DNA of 64,000 nt. Origin: Balanoglossus misakiensis (Eukaryota > Animalia > Hemichordata). Below, one piece after another: positions 26,162 through 50,639 of the stretch. The stretch is from NCBI GenBank assembly GCA_040954595.2, contig CM082587.2, forward strand, positions 8,111,705-8,175,704, in the 5' to 3' direction. A model generated the notes under the pieces. It did no database searches, was not told where the DNA came from, and saw nothing but the letters and a program-made list of their open reading frames with translations. Numbering within the stretch: position 1 is the stretch's first letter; each line of letters opens with the position of its first letter. Position numbers and translations under genes: made by a program.

Positions 26162-29100
26162 ATGTCTGTCTGTCTGTCTGTCTGTCTCTCTGTCTGTCTG
26201 TCTTTCTATCTGATCGTCGGCCTCTCAGCCTTTTCCGCCTGTGTGCGTTTATATACTAGTATTATGCAAACACTTTAAATTTTTTGTTGTCATTGATGTA
26301 CGAAAAGTTAGGTAGGGTGATGTAATTACTATACACATCAATCATTCACGATATTTTAATAATAAAATCGTCGAAGTTAAATCTCAGTGATAATATAAAA
26401 TTACTGTAGAACTAATTGTTCTATGACCATACCCGTGAGCTTATAATCTATAAAATGTGCCCCAACATCAGACAAGTGAAATTAAATTCCAGTGAAAATG
26501 GATGCTTTTAAAGTATTTGTATACTTAGAAATGTGGCACAAGAAATAAATCAAATATTTGAAACGGAGGCAACTACATTGTATTGTCCATTCTTTGAATT
26601 ACCTTACTAAAACAATATGCCTGTTTTTCCTTGACATTTATGTCCCCAGAAAATCGATGTCATCAACGAATTATTCAACTTTACTGAGAAACTCTCGGAG
26701 AAAGATGTCTCCCTAGAAGACAGCGTGGCTCTGAGCCAAGGTTAGTAATTTGGAGATACTACTTCAATGTGAGACTGGGAAGATTTGTAATAGGCATATA
26801 GAAACAATACATGTGATTGTTTACAATCACGCATAGAAGATGTTATACCCATTTTCTAAGAAAACATAAACATAGATCTAGAAGCAGACGTCGAAGTGTG
26901 TCAAGACATTAAATTTACGTAGCTCGTTTCGCTTATCATGTGTTATTATAGCCCTATTAAAAAACCAAACACATTATAGATCAAAATAATGTTTTCCACT
27001 GATTCTATTTCGTCAAGATTTTCGTTAATTTTTGAAACAGAAATGACAATATTTCCAGAAATGATATCATATGAATGGAGATATCTTGCCTTAGAAATAT
27101 TCTTTTTATTGATCCAGTCGTTATTATTTATTTCAGATGTCTTCAATGTAATGCAGATTGTGCTTGATGCCAGTGTGCCGATAAATGACACTTTGATAAC
27201 GATCGACGGGGTAGTGGACTTGACTGCGCAAATCGAGCAAATAGCCGATAATCTGGCGATGTTTATGCTCACCAAGGCCGGTGAAAATGACACAATTGTT
27301 GTGGAAACCAATTCGGTAATGTTGCATCTTCGGAGGAGCTCCCTGCAAAACCTCTGCAATACCACTATCATGGTCGGTGACGTCAGCGGCTTTGTTCTTC
27401 CGCCGGCGGAGATTCTGTTTCCAAATTTGCCAATGGACGCGGTAATAAACAGAATGGTGAGATGTGTTAAATCACCCCCCCCCCTTCTCTACCTCTATCT
27501 CCCCCTGTCCTTCTCCCCCTCATTCCTCCGTGTCTATCTCTCTCGCCTTCCTTCATCTCCCCTTCTTTCTCTCTTCAATCTCTCTCCTGTATGTCGCTTT
27601 CAGATTGATCTCTGCAGAACTATAACAACAAGCGGTTATAATGTGACCTCGATCACATGTGCTATGCATTCTCCTTTCAGGTATTTCGGTTTAGAGGCAA
27701 TCCTCGTCGACAGACAAATATCATGGCGCACCGCTTCACAACTGACATATTGGCCATGTGGTACAAAGACGACGCCGGCAAAGAGATCCGAGGTATACAC
27801 AATGACGTCACTAGTATGTGTATCATGATAGTCTGTGTAGTAGCACACATTGTCTGCGTTGCACTAAGTGAATTCTTATAAATGCGGCACTGTATTCTTC
27901 ATTTCAGCACAAAATGTCACTCAAGACATTGGTATATGGCTTGGAAATTATCAAGAGGCACTGAATGAAACGGTTTTGGCAGGAGTCTATATTGAATCAG
28001 AAGGTGTAACTCATTATAGCTGTGCCGTTCAGGTGAGGATTTATACCCAAAAGCTTAGACTAACCCACTAGTCGCTTGGTGATTTTTAAATCTCAATAGC
28101 TTTTGCGTTTTCGGTGTTTTTTTGTCTTAATAAACAATTGCAATATTTTTTGCGTGCATGCTTGCCTTGAGCGTGTTTTTTTGGTAGTGAGGTGAGTTTC
28201 GAATTTGGGACTGAGCTTGTGGTTTCGGGTAGCGTCGACCAAGCGTCTATGGGCCTACGCGTTCCCTGCACATAATGAAACCCATAGACTTGGAGCAAGT
28301 CTACCCAAAGCTGTCCATATAACGTACCTCCAATCCTGCCCACCCGCTAATCTCTTCATAAATACCATTCTGTCACAAGTGAACAAACGAATGGCAAAAG
28401 ATATTGACTTTTATAAATAATACGAGAAAAAAAACACCTTAAAATTTATCTTTAGAGTGAATCAGATAGGTCATTAAAATTTTACCAAGACTCGGATCGC
28501 TTGTCGCCAGAAGCAAAAATGCGTATCATGTATCGAGTAGGGCTTGAAGAAAGAAAACTATGAGCTTATAATGTAATCAGTGCATCATTTGAACTTATAT
28601 TTGGTTCAGATATAAATTGACCGAACTAGCCAGTCATGCAGCCGCCTAACCAATCCTTAAAAGTGGCCTCGCGAAATACAGACTGCTATTTTTCCATTCA
28701 GGCGTTCACCAAGTACCATGCACTCCAGATCAGTTTGGAAGGATCAGCGACTGTCTATGAAAACACGACGGCCTCTGTGTCATCTGAAATGCTTGGCGAC
28801 GCCAGGACTGTAGCTGACGGTGGTTTTCACTTTACAAGAGAGTTACTGTTTGATGGGACTGTTGCAAGTATATTCCTACCCGAAGAAAATGTCACCAAAA
28901 CTGGAAATATTTACTTGACGTTCGACCTGGAGTACAGTATGTACCAGTGTGTTATACTCGTATAACTATACATGTTGTAAAACAGAACAAAAGCACGTCA
29001 TGAGGGTCGTTGTTGGGTTGAACCACTCGGTAGATTCTACCTTGGGGTAGATGGTAAAAAGAACTGTTCTACTACTACTTTGACAACTGCATTATATTCA

Positions 29101-31338
29101 GCCAAAGAAACGACCAAAGATTCCCAATAGTTTCTTTCCAGTATCCCCAGTTTTCGACGTATTTCCAAAATTATATGGTCCTAGAACACCCGTACATTTC
29201 TCGTTAGGGGTGTCACTACGTGCAAATTTCTAATGGAAAACGTTGTTATTCAAAAATATATTTCATCCGAATATGGCAATAAGCATTTCGTTGTGAAATG
29301 ATACCAGGGCTATTAAATGTAAACAAGCACTAAAATGTACTGCAGAAAGTGCTATCAGGCGTATATGTACACAGTCTGAATATACACTGTATGTCTATTG
29401 TGCCGTGTGCGTAGGTACCCCGTTCAGAATAAACCGTTTCTTTTAAATTTAAGATGGGTCCCTAGGATCTTTTTGCCCGTTGCTATGGGCCTTTATAGGA
29501 CATTACACCCCGATTTGGACTAAGCCGTTTTCAGAGTCTAACAAGGGGCTGGTAACTAGTTAAAAATACGCACGATTGTGAGCGCGCGCCCCCTGACGCC
29601 ATTGATATGCAAATTAGTTAGGTCAAATTTCAAAAGCCTAAGGCTTTTTATTCCGTGACCTCAAAAACGAACTTGATACGTATTCATTAGTTGCTTGAAC
29701 CAGGGAAGATCGTGACGGATTTTGTTTTCGAATATTATCGTTGTATCCTACGATTTCAGCATACCCGTACCACACCTGAAAAAGTCATCGATTTTGGGTG
29801 TTTTTGGACGCACTCTTCCACTGGTATCGCTTCTTAGCACGACGAAAACCGAAAAAACGATCCGTCACACTATGCGGAAGTGCGTTCTCAACAAGCAGGT
29901 CAAATTTGGCTGGCCTACGTCGCCTGTGAAAAAAGCCTTAGGGATTTTCGTGAACGGTACAAAATCTCTGTGTACAAAACATTGGATTTTTAGCGTTCGA
30001 TCCAGTTACTGTGGTTACAGGACGCGCACGCTATCGCTGACCGCTGCTTTGCCGTATTAGCGTGGCGGCCTATGGCCGGGCGGTAGCTGCCGTAAACATA
30101 CTCGGACAGGGGGTGTGCACACAATCGTGTGTATTTTTAACTAGTTACAAGCCCCTTGTCGGACGTTCATAACGGTTTCGATCAAAATTGAGTGTAGTGT
30201 CCTATAAAGGCCCATAGCAACGAGCAAAAAGATCCTAGGGACCCATCTTAAACGTTGTTTCTTAAACACTATAAATGGCACATCCCGGTGTTCCACTCCT
30301 ATATGACTGTGTACTAAACCTGTAGTTCATATATTCTTATATTTTGCAAAGTTAATGGCGAAATCTAAAACTATAAATATCTGCATATTACGTCATCGAC
30401 GACTTCGTTCGCACATTACACAGAAGTAACGTGATTCATACACCTCTTATTAATTAACAGATCATGGGGTTATTTTCAAAGTGGCGACGACTCAACACAG
30501 GTGCAGTTATTCAGTCACACACGCAGACTCATGGGAGAGCGACGGGTGTAAGGTAAGCCGTCTCAAAAGCGATGTTTAAGGTAAAATTTAAAGGTGGGAT
30601 GTGAGGGCCGACATGTTTAAGGTAGTATGCGCCTCGTAAATTAAAGTATTAAACTTCTTCTTTTGCTAGAGGCAACTTGAGAGCATTCTCTTGTAAATTA
30701 TACAAAAATAAAAATGAGGGTTCACCGTGCAACATTTGGAAAGAAAGATCGAACTTGTGTCAAATAATCACATATTTGAAATTCAAAATGGCCACCAATC
30801 TCTGTGTTTTGTCTATGAATAAAATTTGAAGAAGCGTTTTTCGTGTGGACAAGACGGTGAACGCAATGTTTTACCGGTATGCAAGATTCAAATTCATGTT
30901 GATTGTTACGGAAGACAACACCCACTTTTGATAATTCTCTCAACTTCCTCCGAAGGGAAACGCGCTGTTGATTGTTGCCGCTGATTTTTGTAACGATGTT
31001 TCACGTGATAGGTAGGCCCTATTCATACAAGACACAAACGAACCAAGTTTTGACCAAAATCGATAAATGTTGGTATTGAATAGACCAATTAACATGTTGA
31101 GGAATGTAAATATGATTGACTGTCCATTGACGTAATAAATAGTATGTCGTTGTGGGTGGGTGAGGGGGGGGGGTCGTTGACACAGAGAAGTCCCCATCGA
31201 CAAAATTATCGCTCTTGACAACAACGTGATTTTGACATTATTTCTTTGCAGGTATCCCCCAAATCCAACATGAGCTCCACTCTGTGTCTGTGCAACCATC
31301 TTACCACATTCACAGCCATGGTATACGGGCTCTTCTAG
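22508..31338 (+). CDS. Signal peptide - 2x C-type lectin - GAIN/GPS protein (PKD1L/REJ or adhesion-GPCR-like ectodomain), apparently without TM region
   Basis: Exons 22508-22589, 23936-24218, 24612-24673, 25140-25410, 25626-25690, 25857-25936, 26650-26740, 27137-27456, 27681-27792, 27908-28032, 28702-28936, 30461-30552, 31252-31338. CTL1 ALC..FWID..DCIY..WKDRDC..VLCE; CTL2 KVC..SWID..LCIY..WQTTTC..YICE; GPS RCSY..SWESDGCK/VSPKSN..TLCLCNHL-TTF, then TAMVYGLF*. Confidence 0.8.
23607..23917. mobile_element. Palindromic TTAA MITE, copy 2 (same family as 17049-17385)
   Basis: tgaa|agggactaagtctctctctcgctgcc ... tgtccct|ttaa; right arm internally deleted. Confidence 0.85.
24514..24609. repeat. (ATTT)n microsatellite abutting a splice acceptor
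   Basis: Directly visible; AG at 24610-24611. Confidence 0.95.
26130..26205. repeat. (TGTC)n microsatellite
   Basis: Directly visible. Confidence 0.95.
29453..30247. mobile_element. 795-bp non-autonomous DNA transposon with long TIRs and TTAA TSD (Kolobok-type), intronic
   Basis: ttaa|gatgggtccctaggatctttttgc.cgttgctatgggcctttataggaca ... tgtcctataaaggcccatagcaacg.gcaaaaagatcctagggacccatc|ttaa; TIR similarity runs ~130 bp. Confidence 0.92.
30617..30960. repeat. Degenerate interspersed repeat starting ttaaggtagtatgcgcctc
   Basis: Shares attcaaaatggcc.ccaatctctg with ~56355-56380; starts with TTAA plus purines. Confidence 0.45.
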
Positions 31339-32277
31339 TGTAGTCTCCAATAGATGACTACAACGATGTTAATTTGATTTGCAAATTTGACAAAAAAGGC
31401 TAACAGGAAACTTAATTGTTAGCTGGTTAACCAATATCATCTACACCACTTTCTTTTTTTATCTTTTATTTAAAAAAACTCTCAGTGTTACATCAACAAA
31501 TCAAAAAAAAGAAACCAACCGAAAACTCACATCATAGATATAATAGCTTCAAAAATTCTTACACTTTCTGGATTATTGCATATTTCCTTGTATACCTTGT
31601 ACCTCAATATAAACTCGTATTTTACCAGCACCATTAAAGGCGCTCTGGTTTCACTTAGCCAGTATTTATGTCACTAAACTCAATAAATTTACAATATTTT
31701 CTTCAGATTTCGAAAGCATATCACTTCTAATGCAATTGAAAATTATATGAGCGCTCTACACAACTTTCTTTGCCTGTGTACGTTTATGTACATTCAGCAA
31801 TTTTAAGACGCTAGGCTTCTGTTTTGTAGAAAAAAAGAAAAAAACAGGAACCATGACAACACCGCAAAAATCTTCTAATATTATTGCGATGTATGCTTCA
31901 TTTGTATTTTTTCTGTTCCACAAGTTCTTGACGCAAACTATGTCATGTGGTTTGGACTCAGCCAGTCAAAAGTACGGAATAAAGCGTGAGGTGTAATAAA
32001 TTGTTATAAACGGGCGTTGCGGGCGATCGTGGTTCATCAACCATAACTACAGAAATAGCTTTATCAAATATGAATGAAATCTTATAATTAATTGCCTATA
32101 TTAATGATATTTACCTTGTTATCTCCGCGGCTTATAGCTATAGTCCTGTCCGTCAAACACAATATAATACTCAGAGCTCACTAGCCTGTGACAAATTGTT
32201 CCTATGTCGATATGAATAATAAACCCTCAGTCATAATATTAGGACATAGTATATACAGTCATTAAAAGCGATAGTTT

Positions 32278-32386
32278 GTATGTATGTATGTATGTATGTA
32301 TGTATGTATGTATGTATGTATGTATGTATGTATGTATGTATGTATGTATGTATGTATGTATGTATGTATGTATGTATGTATGTATG
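32278..32386. repeat. (TATG)n microsatellite
   Basis: Directly visible. Confidence 0.98.
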
Positions 32387-32517
32387 TTTCTATGTGTGTG
32401 TCTATGTGTGTGGGGGTTGGGGTTGAGATTGAGTGCGTGCATGCGTGTCTGTCTGCCTATTTCTATGTTTATTTTTCTGTCTGTCTGCCTGTCTGTTTCT
32501 GGTTGAAGCGGTATATT

Positions 32518-32833
32518 TAAGCAATAAAACACCCCCAGCCATGGTATAACACGAGATTTTGACCACTTCAAGACATATACGCACGAGCGATAGCGAGTGC
32601 GTATATGGAGTTGAACTGGTCAAAATCGAGTGGTATATCATGGCTGGGGGTGTTTTATTGCTATTATATTATGCCAGTATATTGAAACTTTGCATAAAAC
32701 ATGTTAAAAAGGCATTTTCTTTGACTATGATATATGACTGTGGTATATGGCTTATATATCACCGTCACGTGTCGTGTCTCGACCAATAAAATAGCGTGTT
32801 TTACACCATCAATATACTGGTATAATATAATAA
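32518..32833. mobile_element. Non-autonomous element with A-A' hairpin followed by B...B' inverted pair
   Basis: agcaataaaacacccccagccatg...ttttgacca / tggtcaaaa...catggctgggggtgttttattgct, then attatattatgccagtatattg ... caatatactggtataatataat. Confidence 0.7.
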
Positions 32834-32882
32834 TCATTATTAAACGTGATGCCAAAGGATCGGGCAGGTGATCAATTACTTT

Positions 32883-34586
32883 CTATGCATTCAGGTTAAG
32901 AATGCTTTTCGCTTGTATCGCTACTTCCTTGCGCTTAATTTTGCCTGTTCTGGTCAGCGGAAATTTCTCAAAAAACAGCACATATTTAGGGTGCCGAAAA
33001 AAATCAAAATGTCTTGCTTTAAAGTATGTCAAAAATTCACTCTCTGTAGCCAATTGATGTTTGTGAAGAACAACGCAGACGCAAAGGTCTTCAAGAAAGT
33101 GTTCATCTGGGACACCAACCACTTGAACTTGTTTGATCTTTGGGTGCTGATAAAATATCTGCTCCAATTCAGCTGGATATATGTTCACCCCTCCTTTGAG
33201 AATCATGTCATCTTTTCGACCTAGAACCGTCAACATACCACTTTCATTCAGCTGCCCTACATCACCCGTAAGGAACCATCCATCTTCAGTTTTCACTCTC
33301 TTTGTTATATCTTCGTCACCCAAGTATCTTTTGAAATGAAACGGGCTTCGGAAGCATATTTCACCAGAGGTGTTGATCGGCGTTATTTGACCAGTTGTCA
33401 AGTCAGTTATCTTGACTTCGCCATACGGTGCACACGAACCTGACGTCAATACTCTGTCTTCCAGGGGTACGGTGGATTTGGGGAGGGCAATTGCCCCACA
33501 CTCGGTGCTAGAGTAAGTGTGTTGAATATCACAGGAGAGTTTCTCAGATGCCGTTTTCATGATAGATGCAGCAACACAGCTACCCGTGGACTTCACATAC
33601 TTTAAGCTTCTGATATTGAATTTCTCAATATCAGAGTAATCACGAATACATGTCAGGTCATTAGGCAACAGCAATAGTGTGTTGCCCTTTTCAGCTTCGA
33701 TGGCACGCAATGAGCCTTCCAAGCTGTCTGTATCTCGAAAGACGATTGTTGCACCAAGGGTCAACATTATCCCTTCAATAAAAGTATGTAGACCAGAGCA
33801 GAACTTTTCAGTGTGTGGAATTACCAATCTCTCCGAGTTTCTGTCTGCAACTTTGTAACCATACATATAGTCCATAGTTATTGCCATTCCTTGGGGACGG
33901 TTATGTGGTATGCCAACTGCTTTTGGAAATCCTGTACTTCCAGATGTGAATACAACCATCGCAATGGAGTCGAGATCTGTAGCAGTCTTTGCGTTTTGCA
34001 GGAGTTCTTTTGCTGCGTCGTTATCTCCAAGTTTTCTTACGTCACAGAGCTGCGTAATGGATGAATGTTCCAACGGTGTCATTGAGATGACGTGCCGTAA
34101 AGTAGGAAACTCTTCCAGAGTGTTTCCTTCCCATATTCCAGTTTTGAGGTTCGGGATAACATCAACCAAAGCCTGCAGTTGGTCAGTGTGAGTTAATCCA
34201 ATGACAAGGGCTTGACACTCCACCTTCTTCAACAAGTGACGCACATGCGCTGTAGGTGTGAATGCTGGAATCCGCACAGATACACACCCAGCTGTAATTA
34301 TGGCAAGATCAGTAACCAACCATTGATAATTTTCGTGATCTTGGGCCCAGATAGCGACGTTATCTCTTGGTTTCAGTCCGAACTTCAGTAGACCAGCAGC
34401 AAGCACGTTGACATCTCTGTGAAGTTCAGCAAACGTCTTCCTGGTACCGTCTTCTAAAAAGACCAAGGCTTCTCTGTCAGGGAACAGTTCTGCAGCATCG
34501 TCGAGCAGATCAGCAACTGTTTTCCCTTGAAGAGGTGTATCCCAAGGTTGGTGGAAGTAACTTCTTGTCAATTTGCTCTGTGCCAT
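32883..34586 (-). CDS. Acyl-CoA synthetase (ANL/AMP-binding, ACSF2-like), copy A, single coding exon
   Basis: ATG at 34586 (MAQSKL) after a splice acceptor (ttatttaaacag). Motifs FTSGSTGFPKAV, YSSTE, GEICFRS, GWFLTGDVG, GRKDDMILKGG, TGKIKR. Confidence 0.93.
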   Translation of the reverse strand: MAQSKLTRSYFHQPWDTPLQGKTVADLLDDAAELFPDREALVFLEDGTRKTFAELHRDVNVLAAGLLKFGLKPRDNVAIWAQDHENYQWLVTDLAIITAGCVSVRIPAFTPTAHVRHLLKKVECQALVIGLTHTDQLQALVDVIPNLKTGIWEGNTLEEFPTLRHVISMTPLEHSSITQLCDVRKLGDNDAAKELLQNAKTATDLDSIAMVVFTSGSTGFPKAVGIPHNRPQGMAITMDYMYGYKVADRNSERLVIPHTEKFCSGLHTFIEGIMLTLGATIVFRDTDSLEGSLRAIEAEKGNTLLLLPNDLTCIRDYSDIEKFNIRSLKYVKSTGSCVAASIMKTASEKLSCDIQHTYSSTECGAIALPKSTVPLEDRVLTSGSCAPYGEVKITDLTTGQITPINTSGEICFRSPFHFKRYLGDEDITKRVKTEDGWFLTGDVGQLNESGMLTVLGRKDDMILKGGVNIYPAELEQIFYQHPKIKQVQVVGVPDEHFLEDLCVCVVLHKHQLATESEFLTYFKARHFDFFRHPKYVLFFEKFPLTRTGKIKRKEVAIQAKSILNLNA

Positions 34587-36513
34587 ATTGATGTTCCTCT
34601 GTTTCTGTTTAAATAAGAGAAGATAAAACACTTGATGCAAATGTCTATTTGTCGACACGCATTAATGTATTCCATATATGCATCCATTGACTATAAATAA
34701 TTACAACATTTAATTTATTCCATGACTCGACAGGGCAGTTAATTATCTGACAAATTTTTCTTCTAATTTAGTCCACTGGTCTAATGTAACACACCTCTCT
34801 GGGATTTGAGAGAAAACAGGTCACAATTGTGAGTCACCTAATGAGGTCATTCGTGAAATTTCTTGTGTCTTAGAGTTGCTATATTGTCACTTTTCAGATC
34901 TTATGGTGTCAGAGGCATTTGGTTTAAAGAGCTGTAATTTATTTCTTTATCATGAAACAATGTTAGGTCAAATCAGATACATGTACTTTGTCATGGAATA
35001 CCCACATGTACAGTGTATGTATAATTGTGACTGCAATCATTTGTGATACAGCATATGTTGAGTTGATAAAACAGACCATAACCATACCAAAAGATTAAAA
35101 CAATAAGCAAGACAATGTGTTTTTTCAAATGGTTAAGAAATAAGGATTAACACTGTCAAACATTATAAACTTTGCATCTCCCAATTAGTGTCTCTCTCAG
35201 ACTGTCGCCCACATTACTCATTGTGAACACGCATCATTGAACATGACCTTGTGATTTACTTATCAATTGTCGAATGGAGAAGACCATTGTACGCATTGAC
35301 TATACCAACATGGTCTTGGCCCCCAAAAATTTCACTCATTGAGTGCATGAACGACAAATTACTTCTCCATTTCAAAAATTATTGCCGAAAATAGCTAACT
35401 TATCTGAATGCCTGACTCTGAAATCAGACGGAACACTATACAAACAAGCTTAAGTGTGTTTCAGGGACAATCAAGGTTGTCCTTATTAACATAATAGTAC
35501 ATTGAACTTGTCGTTTTCGCAAAATCATGTTTGTTTGCGCAAATTTGCTGTTAATTTATGATGAAGTGAATAGGTACTTACCACTTTGTTCCAGTATTCC
35601 TGTACTGCAGACGGTGAATAGAGTTGTCGTTGCTGAAGTAGCAACCAAGGTGTGTGGATGAGGAATTAAGCGTGGGACAACTCCAAAGTCACACCACACC
35701 CAATGCATGTACATGTACTTTTGGTTCTGTGGGTATATTTGCGCATGCCCAATACAAATACATTTGCATTTGCGTGGGTTTTTCAACTGACGTCAAAGGT
35801 CACATGGAAATTGAAAGAGGATCTTTCACGGTATACGGGCAACATGAAAAGGCTGTATTAGGACACAAGGTGACAAATATGTATGTTTTTTCAGTGTTAT
35901 AAAGCCAGCGTTTGGACTGGTCAATTCAGGGGAGAAACCCGTGAAGTTTATACTCAGGGGGCTTTTTGACGTTTTGTCAAAAAAAAATCCGTTTTTGTAA
36001 AAGAAAATTAAATATGCACATTTCTACGTCAGATGACACCGATTGTTTTAGCATATGATATGCAAATAGCTGTGAGTCGAAAAAACACCGCTGGATTCAT
36101 GTACCTGTCGTGCTCAGCCAAACTGTTGAGGGCGTATCAGTGTATGACGTTTGTAGAGCTCCGCATGGGCCGTGAGTGAGTGAGTAGAAGACGGCCCTAG
36201 CGTCACATCGTAAATTATTAATAATAAAACTGACGATATGTGACGTGGATAAACAAGGCCGTTATGACAGCACAATGGAAAATGACCTCGAAAATCGCAC
36301 ACGCCTACTCTTTAGCAGGACAGGCAAGAAATGACCTTGTGATTGTCACATTTGTAAATATTAGTACTTCAGCACCTGAGCCTTGTCGATTTTCACTAGT
36401 ATAGAAATGTATGTATTTTACTCGTTCTATTATTCGACATTCGCGTTTTAAACAAAACGAGACCAGAGTTCGAGAGACACGTTTGCTGTAGAAGGACGTT
36501 GCCACCTGTAACC

Positions 36514-49564
<13,051 letters not shown>

Positions 49565-50639
49565 TTGCAGTCACTGAAAAGCGACAGCTCGTGGACTTTG
49601 GTCTGGGTATACGAGAAGTATATACAAGCAGTGTACTCTTTTGAGGTCAATAACGTTGGAAACTCGCTTCCAGTGAATACTACATGTGTTTGTACACAGT
49701 AAAAACCTAAGGCTAACAGTTTTATTGAATAATTTTTTTCATTAAGAGAATTGTTACTGGATATTTTGGACATGAATAAAATATCAATGCTGCCATCAGT
49801 AAAAATAATATTTATTTATTTATCTATTTATTCTTTCAATCATTTATTCACTAATCCATCCATTCAATCATTCATTCATTCATTAATGCGATCGCTGCTT
49901 GGACAAGTGTGGTGATTAATTATATTGACCAATTCTAATTCTTCCGTGATGTCCGTTGACAGTGTGTAGGAATTTCTATATATCCAGACATTCCTCCACC
50001 GAGGTTCAACTCGGATATTTTGTAGATGCACTCTATTCCATTAACGTAAAATGAAACATGATTTTTCGACACTTTGTGCCAGCTGACTCCGCTGTAAATT
50101 TTCAAAATAAGATTTAAACACATGCTACGTGTGAATGTAAAAATAGGACACGTTATTTACATTTCCTTCTTTGATAACCCATAAATAACATTTGGGGGTG
50201 GGGCTGTCAACAGTTAACCCAGTAACCGCAACTTGCGACAAATATTTGCACCAGCGACTACATTGTGTGTTTGTGCAAACGCACGACAAATCCGTCAGCA
50301 TGAGGGTTTATTTCCGTTCCTGTTGAATTCTGAGAGTGGGATACGCTGATTGCGCAGTTATCTGTTGTCTTTATTGTCACTTGGACTATATATAATTACA
50401 AAACAAAGTACATTTGTCTAATTCAAATCCAGCAAATTCACAAATTAATTGAGTGGGTGTCATTTTCCATCACAGTGACTCTAGTCAGATAAGCATCCAC
50501 TTTTTGTGCGATACCCAGTAAAGTAATGAAACCATTTATATTTGGTAATACTGTTTTACATAGCAGCAATTGAAAGGATATTTTCATGGATTTCCGTGAA
50601 TTCTTAGATGAATACACATGAGACTGTGTTTTTTTCTCT

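Noticed and set aside
26989-27828. 279-aa ORF as a standalone gene
   Set aside because: It is exon 27137-27456 plus read-through into flanking introns, including a CT-rich tract.
29722-30060. 112-aa ORF as an exon of the lectin-GAIN gene or a transposase
   Set aside because: Lies inside the TTAA-flanked MITE, has no recognisable motif, and the gene frame continues without it.
32883-34586. ACS genes as luciferases or as bacterial horizontal transfers because they lack coding introns
   Set aside because: ANL membership alone does not imply luciferase activity. A 5' splice acceptor precedes the ATG and the N-terminus is ACSF2-like; phylogeny would be needed.
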